From Lama guanicoe (taxonomy: Eukaryota): a stretch of 64,000 bases of DNA. Below, in pieces: positions 50,527 through 63,310 of this stretch. The stretch is taken from NCBI GenBank assembly GCA_013239625.1, contig MU057051.1, forward strand, positions 3,165,664 to 3,229,663, written 5' to 3'. Within the stretch, counting starts at the first letter, position 1. Every line of letters begins with the position of its first letter. The notes beneath the pieces were generated by a model that searched no databases, was not told where the DNA came from, and saw only the letters and a list, made by a program, of their open reading frames with translations. The position numbers and the translations under genes are program-made.

Positions 50527-52113
50527 CTGAGTATTGGAGGTGGAAGTAAATGTCTTCACAGAAATCCGCTTGGTACCAGAATCAGGGCAAGTTGCTGGTG
50601 CCCGATTCTGTAGCATCAACGTAGCGGTGGCCGTCTTGATTTCCTCCTCCTTAGCCTGTGCTGGGAGGGAAGATGTGCGCACAGTCGGATTTTCCGGACC
50701 ACCTCTGTTTTCCGGAACTTTCCCATCTTTGCTCTGCGGGGGCTGCGGCGGCCTGGGCTGGGCTCCCTGCAGCCTGGCGAAGGCGCGGCCGGCGCCCTGC
50801 CTCCCGCGGTGCTCCTGCACCTGCGCCCTCTGCGGGCACACCTGTGACGGCCGCAGCAGGTGCTCACTGGACTTGCCCAGGTTCCTGCTAAACTCATTCA
50901 GGTACTCTGAGTTCCCCTGGAGACCGAAAGGAAAGGCACTATCCACGCTTCGAGACCTCTTCCTGTCTTCAGGGTTGATTCTGTTTCGCTTCCCGGACCT
51001 GCCTCTTCTCTGCAGCCCAGGTTTCTGGTCGAATTTTTCAATTAACTGATCCACGCAAGGAATCGATCCCGTATCAATATCCCGCCCAGTTCCAGGCAAG
51101 AAGGGGATGTATCTTCTGTTTTCATGTCGGTTCACGTTTTCGGCGTGGATGGCACATTCTTGGTCGTCGAGTAAAAATCTGTACAAAGAGTTGGCTGAAG
51201 TGGGCGTGGTGGACGACGAGGAGGATCTCCGAGACCGAGCTCCGTCCAGGACGGGTCCAGCTGAGTCCTGGCGCCGGAAGGGAAGTACATCGGGCCTGAT
51301 TTTCTTGGCTTCGGGGTGGGCGTGCAGGCTGAGGGCAGGTAGGGGTCTCCCACTAGGGGAAAGGGCGTCCTCTGCCAGCCCTTCCTTACTGCAGCTCTGA
51401 ACATTCACGCACACGGACGTCTGCTTCTTGGGGTCGTCAATGATCACGGAGCTGCACAGTCGAATGGCCGTCGTGCTGGATTTCGCCGCGTCTTCCAAGG
51501 GAGGGCTGGTAGGCTGGGAATGACTAGGTTTGGGTGAGCAAGTCCAGGCCTTTTTATTGTTGGTACCGTCTTCTGTTAACGTTTTTAGCCAATTACTCTC
51601 AGGAGCCTGGTGATTTTGTAAGTTCAACTCATTCTTTTCGGGATCGTAGGGCTGTAAAAGCTCTGGATGCTTCTGAAAGTTCAGCACGGGAGATGGCTTC
51701 ATTGGCTCTGCTTTGCGTTCTAGAACTCCATTCTTGCCCTCAAAGAGAGGGGCTTGTTTCAGGTTTCTTACTGGACTGGGTTGGGCATATGGGTTTTCTG
51801 GGAGCTCCAGTTCTTCGGCACTGTTTTCCTCCAGCACACAGCCGTTGCTGGAATGGAGAGGCGGGGTATTCATCACTGGAGGTGGAAATGATGGCCCGTT
51901 TTCAGAAAAAGATGGACCTGCCAGACACCGCTCTGTATTATTGAGAACTATGTAGGGGTGACCATCAATCCCCTGTACCCGAATACTGACACCGTAGGAG
52001 CCTGCCTTAGAGGACTGGGAATTCCTGGATTTTTTGGTTTCGTCACTTGCGAGTCTCAGATGGACACCGTACTCCTGCTGCACATGCTGATATTCCCCGA
52101 AATACAGCTCCAT
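50527..52113 (-). CDS. CGNL1: CGNL1 coding exon 2 (first coding exon; head domain, 529 codons)
   Basis: ORF MELYFGEYQHVQQEYGVHLRL...SYGVSIRVQGIDGHPYIVLN...TSNTQ is recognisable as cingulin-like 1. Acceptor ctttctctggtag|c puts the exon start at 52128 (15-nt 5' UTR, gaaccATGg Kozak). Donor CAG|GTAATA at 50527/50526, phase 0. Confidence 0.98.
51940..52002 (-). other. CGNL1: ZO-1 interaction motif (ZIM) region of CGNL1, aa 38-58 GSYGVSIRVQGIDGHPYIVLN
   Basis: Matches the conserved cingulin-family YGVxxRVQGIxGxPxxVLN motif. Confidence 0.85.
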
Positions 52114-54249
52114 GGTTCACTGTGCCCGCTACCAGAGAAAGATGGAGTAAAAAGAGGACATTAAGTTAGAATTACACCTGTTTAAATGATGCAGGAAAAC
52201 CTCAAAGTTCAAGGAAAACAAAACACTTGAAACAGCAAGGACACTTCAGAACCAAATGCTTGTCCCAGCAGGCCTTTCTGGATGCCCGTGGGCACACGTG
52301 ACCGCGGTGTTTGTCAACACTGGGCTTGAACTCTGGCCTTAGGGTGGATGGCTGGTGAGATGACCTGGCAGAGCTTAATTATTGTTTCTAGCTGACGGGC
52401 TGTGCTGGTTACCTTTTTTTTTCCTTAGTTGGTTTCCTCACGCTTTATGCTATTTATTTTTAACCAATCGGATGTTCCAGTTACCAGCATTTGAGACCAG
52501 GGTACTTTTCCATGAAAATAATTAAGAGCTAAGGCGTTCTGAAGCTCACCATTTTTCTTTTTTTCTATACTCCTAATTTTCCTGTCAAAACAGTCCTTTT
52601 CTTTATGCACAACCTTGCTTTGAAATCTTTATCATTATTTATTTGGCTGTACTGTTTAAAACATTTTTACTTTAAGGAATCAGTTGTATGTGAGACCAAC
52701 AATGAGAATAAATGATAAAAAATAATTTTCTAACTTTTTTTAATCCAAAAAGTCCAAGTAACATAAGGATCTGAAGAATGTTATTTTAAAAAAAACTGTA
52801 GACTCTGGGCTCTTTACCTTGTGATGGGTCCGAATGCCAAGAACCACTGACTTCACCTTTCTGGTGTGTGGCCACCCCTGTCAGAGACTGCCCTCCGATC
52901 ACCAGGCAGGAGACCCAGCCCTCATTGAGGTTCTCACCAGAAATTCACCTCTGTCACTCTGAAAGACTCTGCCAGCCATGGAAACGCAGAAACAACTGGT
53001 CACAGAAAACAGCTGTCTCTTTTCTTTCCCTGTTAGTGGCCTTTTTGAGTTTTCTTTCTATTCTGGAGTCCATCTGGTAGCATACTGTCCAAGAAAAGCA
53101 TCTACTTCATCCACATTTTTGAATTTATTTGCACAGAGTTTTGCAAAGTATAAATCATTCCATCTCCTCCCCATTTCTCATTATTTAGTTTTATTTGTAC
53201 TTTCTTCACCTCTTTCTTAATTATGCAGGTAAAATATACATCTATATACTCTTTAAAATTGTTGTTCCCCTAGAGAACTAGTTCTTAGAGTTATCATTTC
53301 CTCTTTTTTCATTTTCCAGTTTATTGAGTTCTAGTTTGATCATTATCATTTCCTTCTGCTTTCCTTTATTCGGTTATGTTTCTAATTTCTTGACTTGCAT
53401 GCTTCATTTGTTTATTTTCATTCTTTAATTATATTCCAAAAATTATACTCCCAAAATAGCAACTTAAGAGGAGATTTTTCCCCCAGAGGTAGAAAGTCCA
53501 GAGTTGGAATGGATGCCAGGATATTTTTGAAGAATACCTCTTCTATTCTTCCACTCATCTACCTTTAGCATGTATTAGACTTTATGATTAGACTTTGTGA
53601 TTACAAGATAGCTGATCCAGCATCACATATACCAGAAGTGTGTAACATTTTAAAATAATTTAATTTTTTATCAAAGTTAAACAAGATAGAATGAAAACCT
53701 GTACTCTCCAGCTCCCCTTTCCAGTCTGGATCATTCCTCAGAGGAAACCAACTGCAAATGTAGCTGTTTATACAAGAGTGCTTACCTCCATGTCACTAAG
53801 TAATACACTTAGCTGCAATGCAGTCATTTATTTTTTTTCATATGGTAGGTGACCCACACACACAGGTGAATTTCTCATTCTGCCAGCTTCCCAATAATAA
53901 AACAGGAGCCAACTGTGTTTACATTATTATGATTCTATAAATATTGGTCATTAAAGAGCCAAATTGTAGACACTGGTCATCTTTCCTTCCTTCCAAAGCT
54001 TTAACTTTTCTAGAGGTAATACTTGCTATTTTTACTTGTCTTCTATGTACCTATCCTTAAATTTCTTCATCAGCTACATCACGTCTGTTGGACGCTTCCC
54101 AGTATTAACCTCCAGATGATCAAGATACTAAATAATTTGGTGATTTGTTCCCCCGGTGACCTCCCTTGTGCAAACTTCCAACCCCCTGACTTACTTTAGG
54201 GTCCGGTTGCTCTCTTCCTACTGTGTTATTTTGTTTCCCAAGTTTCCTG

Positions 54250-55860
54250 CCTTCCTCTTAGTTTCCCCAATTGGTCTGATGGAACACACTTCCAGTAACT
54301 TTTGAAGAAAAGGTCCGAGGGAGAAAAAATGTTGAGTCCTTGTATTTTGAAAAATGTCTTTATTCTATGCTTACTTTTGAATGATAATCTAGCTGGATTT
54401 AGCATCTAGGTTTGAAATAATTTTCCCTCAGATGTTAAAGTATTAGCTCCATTATCTTCTGGTTTCCAGGGATGCTATTACAAATTCTGGTGCTGTTATA
54501 ACAACCCTTTCTTCTGTGCCCGGCTTGTTTATTTTCCTCTTAGTTTTTAGGACTTTTACTTTGTGCTCAGTGTTGTGAAATTTCACAATGATTTTCCCTA
54601 GTGAGGATTGTATTAAAGTGGCCAGTTTTATAAAATATGAGCATTTAATATATTCCTTCAATTTGGAAATTCACTTTAGTTCTACTAAATGTTCTTGTAT
54701 TATTTCTGTGACAATGTTTAGAGAACCATTTTATTTTGCTCTTGGTGTCTGCATCTAATATATTAGTAATGTTGAACCCTTCAGATCAAATTTCAATTTT
54801 TCCTGTTTCTTTTCTCATCTACTTCTCAACTCCATCTTTTTCGTTCTACTTTTTGAGAGATACATCTTCAACTTTTTTTAACTCAAGTATTTAATTTGTA
54901 ATTTCCATTATTTCTTTACTCTTCTCCGTTTCTCCTTCTTAGGTGCTATTTTCATTTTAGATATGAAAAGAGCTTTTCTCTCTCTTTACCATTATTTTTT
55001 TCAAAAAATAAATTTTCTCTGCTGTCTGCAGCATCTCCAACCTCTGCAAGGTTTCTCTTTTCTGCTTTGTTTCAGTCCCTATCTTTCATGTTAAAAGCCT
55101 TTCTAATGTGACTCAGATCTTGGGCTGCCTGATCTTATTTAAGAGGAAAGTAGTAAAAGTAGATTGGAGGCTCTGTATTTATGGAGAAGAGTTATTAGCT
55201 GGTGAGCTTCACGGAATGTCGGGGGGGAAGTGCCAAGCTTTCCACTGAGGGACTTGCACATTTCAGTATCTATGGGCATTTTTTCTCCCTGAAGTTGTTT
55301 GATTTCCCAAGAAAAGAACCCTCCAATCCATTACTGGGGTGCACAGGCCTGGCTGCTGGCCTACGGGACAGGGCAGGGGGAGAACATGGAGGTCCCAGCT
55401 AGAACTCAATTCAATTCCCACTTTTAGTCATCCACACCGGCTTCCAACACTATACCAGTTCAGCACCCTCAGGGAAGGGACCTCCAGTCTACTGCGGGGG
55501 TGAGGAAGAGGACAGGGGCAGGTGGGTGCCAGGGATCCAAGGCCCAGCGTAGAGTCTGGAGGTCTAACTGCTCCAGTCCTCACGGCACTTAAATAACTCC
55601 CTAGACACTGGTCCCTCACCCGGCCCCTCACAGTAACTGGTGCCCTCCCCTTCCGAGCCTCTCCGCCGCTCTGCAGGCAAACCATCTCACGTCTACACTG
55701 TCGGCCACTTGGGCTGAAGGATGTTATCACCCCAATAACTATCCTTCCTCCGTCTGCGTCAGACTCTCCTCCATAAGTCTCTAATGTCATTCTTTGTCTT
55801 TGGAGGCTTAATTTCTCCTCCTTCGCTATTTTCTGAGTGAGATTTTGAAAAGGAGGTATC
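54250..55860 (-). mobile_element. Ancient L1/HAL1 ORF1 and 5' region remnant
   Basis: T-rich plus strand; minus-strand peptide IIVKFHNTEHKVKVLK resembles L1 ORF1p IIVKL..KxKILK; boundaries approximate. Confidence 0.6.
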
Positions 55861-58595
55861 TAGTTTATCTAGCTAGATGAGACTAGTAATATCTGTAAAA
55901 CCCCTTCAATCTGAGAACAAGAACAGCAAACACGCCTCAGACAGAACCACACACCAAGGCCAAGACCAAAATGCCCAGGTGCATCTCAATCCCTGAATTC
56001 TGAGTAGCACCAGCACGTTTTATTCTGGATCTCTAGTGTTGTTCGTACTCACTAAAGTTTGTAACAAATATTTTTTAACAGAAGAGTTTCTGTACAAATT
56101 TATTCACTGTGATACTTTTTTAAAATAGTATTTACTAAATGAGATCATTTTATTCACCCATAATCCCCTTTATGCTGACTCTGAATTTTTATGAAAATAT
56201 TTCTATTATCTATTAATAAAATTCTTTTCTAGGGTTTTATAGTCCTTTTGTTAGTTGCTGCTAGTACATACAGTCAACACTAATTACATTTCAATCTTTG
56301 AGTAAAGCCACCTTGGTTTATTACATTCTTAGCTCCTTGTTAGCAAATTAATCCGCCTATGTGAATTTTATGAGATATCCATAATTTACACTCCTTAACA
56401 AGAGACCTCAATCCAGTATTTTCACAGAGTGACATTTCTCAGCTGGGCACTGTTGTCATAAGCCAACATGGATTTCCTTCCCAACCACGATGTAACCACT
56501 GAATTAGTGAATGGATTTAAGGACAGCTGTTCTCTGTCTTCAGCCACCAGGCCACGTGACAACCTACCGCGCTCCACAGGCACACTTGTGCAGTCGGGGA
56601 CTAAGCCTAACCAAGGGCTTACATAATTTGGCAGCAAATGCTGACCAATTCCCAGGATGTAACACTGTGGCACTTGGCAAATAAAAGTGATGCTTTGGAG
56701 TGGAAATAATGCTTTGAGGAAAGACCGTTAAATGATGATAATTGCTTTAGTTAGCAAGATCAATGAGTGTGTTTGTGAGTAAGAACAAAGAGCTTGGCAC
56801 TTGGAAGAACTACAAACGTATGCCAGGTAGCAATATTTCCCCTCACTGGGCCATCACATGTTATCAGCTGAGCCCAGAGATTAGCCCCAGTGCCGGGCCA
56901 CACCTCCCGCCTCACCACCCTAATTCCCAGTGGTACCTCCAAGCCCTGGAAGTATACTGACCAGCCATTCCAGAGGCCTTCCTAACCACTGCGGATATGC
57001 AGCCGGTGAGAAACCTTCTCACATGGTTTGCCCTCCCTCCCTAGGACAGCAGCCGCCACCAGCCAGGCCAAAGTACCCAGCATAGCACGTGGCATGGGGC
57101 AGGATCTCTGTGTGTGTACGTTTGCTTGGAATGAATAATTCTATCTGATCATACAAGTCACTTAAAAGAGCATCTAAAGCAGGGATGGGGAGCTACTGAG
57201 CCTCAGTGCAGTCTTGAGCTTGATTCCAGGAAATAAGAAGTGAGCCACAACCAAAAAGTAATTTCCCCTGAGTGGGGCTCAGTGACCGTCTCATTCAGAG
57301 GGAAGCCACCGCCCATCTGGTGAAACACCACAAGTTAACACACAGGTTAAGATGTTCACACCTAAAGGACTTGCTTGCAGGACTAGCAGGAAGACATGAA
57401 TTGTGTGTGCAAATATCCACATTAGACCCTCAGCTACATAAATGTGAAAAATGAGAGCACAGAATATCCAAGATTAGCAAAATGGTTGCTGGTTTTTCAG
57501 TATATTCCTAAACAGGCAGGCTTACCTAAATTAAGCTCTATTTTCTATTTCTTTCTTTCTCTCTTTCTTCCTACCTATCTACCCCAACTATCCACCCCAT
57601 CTATCCATCCACCTATTCTATAGAAAGAAAAAAAAAAGGAAACTGGCCAAACTTTTAAGATTTCAAAGGAAATGTCTCACACACAGGCCTTCAGGATTCT
57701 CTGGGAAAACAATTTCAAAAATAAACTTTGTGAGGTTTGAAAATGACACCAGAGTTGCTGCCTACTTTACACAGTTCAGTACGGTTTGAATCTCTTTAAA
57801 TAAACATGACGACCCATCCTTGTGGATGGTGTCTGTATCCGCCTCCTTTTGTTGCATTTGAAGCCCCTCTTCTTTCCTGAACAGGTTAGCATGTATATTA
57901 CCACTTCATTTATGGTGTTCTTATATTTCCAACTTTGATTTTAAAATTCAGTGACAGATGTTTTATATTACACTTGGTCTCTTTAAAAAATACAGAATTC
58001 ACGTCCAAAAAATGTTTCAGACATGTTATTCGCCCTTTTTCACCTCTTGACCCTGAAATGATTTCTAAAAGTTCTCCCACGAATGCAGAGCTAAGATGCA
58101 GAAGTCTGCAATTCTGAAACAAGTACTGGAGAGAACACCCAGATGCAGGGGTAAGAAACACATCTAACACTGGACTCGGGTCAAACCCCGGCTCTGAACA
58201 AGTTCTTTAACGTCTCTGAGTGTTTTCCTATCTCTGAAGTCAGATCATTAATGATGACTTCATAAGGTGCCTGGGAAAATTAAATCATAGACTGTATGCT
58301 AAATGAAGTAGGAAATAATAAATGAAAACATTCAACGTGGCACTTATGGCCACAAGAAAGCTGACTTTGATCACCAAATGTTTTTAAATACTTCTGAGGC
58401 ACTGGCTAAAAACCCCAGTGGTTAACCAAACAGCATTAACCACCAACATTCTGAAATAATTAACTAATTAAGAAACCAGAGGGCTGAGAATCTCGAGTAC
58501 AGTGCTGTGTCCAGAGTGGAAATAAACAATAAATAGTTGCTGACTGAATCAACGAATGTCTTTATGTTGACGGGTCCACAGGAAAGCTCTTAACC

Positions 58596-58785
58596 AGGCC
58601 TGACAGATACATGACATCTGTGCTACAGTTTCCCATGTGAAGCCTGAGTTCAAAACATACAGAAACTGCCTTTTCTCTCTCAACCCAAACCTAGCTTCAG
58701 AATCCTCCTCAACACCACGCCCCCACAGGCAGTGTAGCCACCGTGGATCAGTGTAGACACAATATAAGCCAGTCTGCCACCCTTG
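58596..58785 (-). mobile_element. hAT-Charlie fragment, MER102-like
   Basis: cttcagaatcctcctcaacacc...gccaccgtggatcagt...tgccacccttg. Confidence 0.5.
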
Positions 58786-60329
58786 ACATGTTTTGAAACT
58801 CATCTAAACCTACCTACACCAAAGTCAAACGTCCAAGGAATAAATCGCCCCCTAAAACCCAGGGGAGTCTTCTCCCACTTCTCAGTCTTGTCACTCATTA
58901 CATTCTAGTCAACTCCGAGGACTGAAGAGCTCTTCAAACTCAGTGCACACCTTATGCCAGGGTTCACATGACTTACCTGAACACAATTCTAGCCAGCCAC
59001 CAAGAGGAAGGGAACATTTTGCAGGTATCTGGCCAAGAGAAGCTTTTAGCCTCACACTACTTTTATAACCTTTACTTTCCATTCTCCCCCTCGGTAAAAA
59101 AACTATTTCCCTTCAGCTACGAAGATGCTGTATTTCTTCCACGCTCACCCCCTCCAGCAGTTTGAGTCCTCCGACATCCCAGAGCCCCGTCAGCTCTACA
59201 CAGCCCAGCAAGGCTCTCCAGGAGCAGCTTTTTTGTAGATGGGTTTTACCTCCAAAGCTCCATTTCAAGTTTTTTTCAATCATTTCTGAGTCAGGCATGC
59301 ACATCATCCCTCCACAGTGCCAGGCAAGTGCCAGGTGCCTGTTTTACACCATCTCATCTGGTCAGATCCCTGCAGCCCACTTGTGAGGGACTCTATTTTC
59401 TCCCCATTAGAGATGTGTAAGCTCCCAGGGGCAGCACTTGCCCCCAGACTCTCACACCCAGTTTGGGGGCAGTGCTGGGACTTAGACTGAGACCATCTGT
59501 CCCTGAGACCTGAGCTCCTTCTTGAGCAGAGACATGTTTTTATTTTTCTGTCTCCCACAGTATCTGGTAGTTCTTCTGACATGGGCGTTGGATGGCTGCG
59601 GACCAAACCACATCACCAGGTTCCATTCCACTGTCATGCCAGCAGAGCAGACCCTGGTCTATCAAATCTCAGCATATGTGTCACTCCTCAGAGGAGATGA
59701 CTCCTCTCTGCTCCCGGCGGCCAGGACAGGGTCCTGCATGTAGCAGGTGCAGAATAAGTAAATGAATGGATGGACTAATAAACCAGGTACCACGCACATA
59801 GCACTGAATCCCCCTTTTAAAATGTGAACAATTTTAAAAAGTCAAGGGTTTTCATAACAAATCCTATCCTTCTAGTGTGCCCACTACCTCCGCCCAGAAC
59901 ATGTATCACTGTTTACACCACTAGACTCTGATCGTCAGCATCATTGTGGCTTTTCATCCCACCTACAGTTGCCGCGTTCACAAGATGTGCGTGTCCCAAA
60001 GTGAAAAATAGGTGCTGGGGTTATCAAGGATCGCCTAAGAGGAGGAAAGGAACTCTGTGGAATTCCAGCAATGCCAGCTGTAACAAGCCCCGCTCCTGGA
60101 ACCTCCTTACAGAGGATTTCTGCAAGTGAATTCCAAAGCTAAGTATCCTCCCCTGGAAGACATGTTACGCCATCTGCAAAGCATCTCTTCTTGGTCACTC
60201 AAAACAAGATCAAACCAGGGAAATCTGTCCGACTTTGTCCTCATCAGGGAAAAGACTGAAGGAGAGATGGCATCCTGAGTAAACTTGGCCAAATGACTAC
60301 AAAGTATAGAGCCACCAGGGGAGGGTCCG

Positions 60330-60520
60330 GGGCGCGCAGCCTTCCCACCTCCCTGTGGGCATCAATTCACAGACCAACTGACGTCATAAACATAGCGGTC
60401 AGTTATTTGCATGGGACCCAGAAAGACTATGCTACAATTGACAGGCATCTGGAATAGTCCACAGAAACCCACCGACTATCACTGAGTATGACTGTTAAAA
60501 ACAAACAGAAGATAACACTG
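60330..60520. promoter_or_regulatory. Candidate intron-1 enhancer (CRE + octamer cluster)
   Basis: TGACGTCA 60379-60386, ATTTGCAT 60405-60412, TGACAG 60439-60444, AGATAA 60510-60515 in sequence with no recognised repeat. Confidence 0.4.
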
Positions 60521-60941
60521 TGTAGCCACCCAAAACATTAAAAACGAAAATTAAAATCAACTTTCTAAATGAGAAACCTAGCAGATTCCCACGTCTCAGT
60601 CCACGTTGTCTGTTGTTTAAGATAGTTATTATCCCAAACTCGATGACACCAGGGCTTTGATTCCCCAGTGCAATCTTCCTCCCCAGAATTCTCCTGGGAG
60701 GGCGGCGGGGGAAGGGGCACTCTCCCAGACCCCAAAGCCACCCCAACCATGATGCATCGTGGTCTCACCAGAGACTCCGGTAACTGAAGAGCTGACTGTC
60801 CTTTTAGGTATTCCGAATATTTTGGGGGGTCCTTGGCCCCCCCTCCTCTCCTAAAGCACCCCCCCACTGTCCCCCTTCGTCTTCTGCCCTAGTCTCCACA
60901 ATTTCAGAGTATGAGAGCCTCAGGTTATATCTGCAAGTCGT

Positions 60942-61332
60942 TGCTATGGTCTGAAGGTTTGTCCTCCCAAAATTCACATGCTGAAACTCTAACCACTACC
61001 ACCCGCAGAATGATGCTATTAGGAGGTGGGGCCTTTGGGAAAATGTTTAGGTCATGAGGATGGAGCCCTTACGAATGGGACCAGTGCTCTTATAAAAAAG
61101 ACACACACACACACACTCTCCACACAAGAGATCCCTGGTCCCTTCCACCATGTGAGGACACAGCAAGAGGGCATTGGCTGCGAACCAGAAAGAGGGTGTC
61201 ACCCACCTGCCACGTGCTAGCACCCTGATCACAGAATCCCCAGCCCCAGGAACCGTGAGAAATGTATTTCTGTTGTTTACACGCCGCCCAGTCTGTGGTA
61301 TTTTATCAGCACACCCCAGAGGGACTAAGGCA
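60942..61332 (+). mobile_element. ERVL-MaLR solo LTR (MLT1A-like)
   Basis: Begins tgctatggtctgaa, contains aggtggggcctttggga and catgaggatggagccct, ends gactaaggca. Confidence 0.88.
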
Positions 61333-62454
61333 CAAGTGAACAGGATATAAACAAACACACATATTCAAATGAAATACATGGGGGACAACCATCCGCTTCT
61401 CCTTAAAGCACAAATCTGTCCCCTTCCTGGGCCCCAATTCTCAAGTGCAGAGTCCCTTCCTCTCTGGTCTCCAGGAGACAGAGAAAGGCCTAGGGGGAAG
61501 TTAGAGCTGGGCGCTCCTGTGCATACCTTCCTAATGCAGGCCCTGGTAGTGGTGGGTAAAAGCCATCAACTCCATTATCCTTTTTTCATATTTAAATATC
61601 TTTATTTGATTCAGATGTCTCCAGTAAGGGCATTCCACAGTTCATGATGTTTTTCAATAGTCAGAAACTGCATCAGTGATCAGAAATTGAAGTTTCAGTT
61701 ATGTGAACAAAAGTATTATATATTTTAACCTTTTAGAGTGTCAGTGTGTATATTCTTATGCATATAGCTAATTTAACATTTCTCTCTTGAAAGCAAGCTA
61801 AAATTTTATGGCCCACTCAGACTATGTACTATCTTTGTTTTGTTAAAAATAACTTCTCAAAGTGCTTGTGAAAAGCTAAGACCTACTCCTAGGTGTCCCT
61901 GTCCTCAGCTGAGTCTTTAATACTGATTAACTCCTATTTTCGTCTTTCACATGCTTAAATAATGTACAGACGCCTTTAAAGAAAAAAAAAATTTCCGAAG
62001 ATCCTTTGTGTTCACTTCATGTACAAATACACAACTGTTATAGTTTTTATGATACCACAAAACCAAAACAAATCTGTACCTTAAATCCAAACACAATTTT
62101 AAAAACCAAAAAAATTCAACTTAACATGAATTTAATATGCAGGGTAATGTCAATTTTGCTGCAACTAAATCACCATACCTGGGGTGAACAGGGAGACCGC
62201 CACCACTACAGGGCAGACGCCTTCCCTGCTGCAGGTGGCATGAAACCACAGGCTCTTCACATGGTATGGTGGCCTCACTCATGGGTCCAGCCCAACGCAG
62301 TTCTCTCCCAAGAGCTCACCATAACTAAAACACTATAATATATCCTGACACCCCAACCATTATAAAGACGGCATCAGAACAAGTGGTAGTGACAAGTGGT
62401 CATCCAGCTTACTCAGGATATGCTGATACTAATGTTTTGCTACATCACTAACAA

Positions 62455-63310
62455 ATTCCTACTGAGAGTCCGTGGCCATGCGAGGCACCTGCGGACCTAA
62501 CCTTACACTGCACGGTGGGGTGGCGGTGTCACAAGCAAGGGACAGTGACAAGTGCCATGAAGAAAACAGAGCAGGGTGAGGAGAAAGCAAGGTGGTGGTG
62601 GTGAAGGTCATTCTGGGACACAGTGGGCCTCTCTGAGAAGGAGGATTTGATTTGACAGCAGGGAAGAGAGCTGTGCAAGTCACTTGAGCGCCAGGTAGAG
62701 AGAACAGCCAGTTGGAGCTCCCGGGGAAGGAGTGTGCGGGAGAATCAGCAGGAACGTGGACATGGCCCGAACACAGCAAGAGACGGGCAGGGGAGGGACG
62801 GGAGGGCAGAGCAGTGGGCAGGAAGCAAACCACAGGGTCTGTGAGCCTCCTAAGGACTCTGGGTCTCACCCCAAGTTGGGTGGGAAGTCACCAGTAAGAG
62901 TCAAGATGTTATTCAAAGCCAGGGCCTGGATGAGCTCAGCTAGGAAGTAACGCAGACAGAAAAGATGAGGACAGAGCTCCGTGCCTTGCTGCACAAGGCT
63001 GGCTCCTGGACCAGCAGGAGCAGATGCCCTGGGGACTTGTGAGAAATGCAAAACCAAAACCTCAGGCACCAGCCCAGACCCACTGAACCCGCAGGAGGAC
63101 CGAGGCCGTGGCACTCCAACACCTTCAAGTCAGGAGGAACAGGAGGAGCAGGCAAAGACAACTGGAAAGCAGCAGCCAGGGGGACAGGAGGAAACCAAGC
63201 GAGTGTGGTGGCCCAGAAGCCAAAAGACGCTGGTGTTTCCAAAAGGAAGGAGCGGGCAAACGAGCCAAACACCGACAATAAGCCAACAAAGCCTGGGATG
63301 GAGATCAAAG
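62455..63310 (-). mobile_element. L2 fragment
   Basis: Purine-rich gacaagtgccatgaagaaaacagagcaggg...ggcctctctgag...taaggactctgggtctcaccc. Confidence 0.6.

Noticed and set aside
50449-52113. 554-aa single-exon gene as given in the ORF track
   Set aside because: The last 25 codons are intron 2. A canonical donor at 50527/50526 joins exon 3 in frame.
50534-52164. Plus-strand ORFs overlapping exon 2, exon 7 and exon 8
   Set aside because: Antisense shadows of GC-rich coding sequence; no independent splice or homology support.
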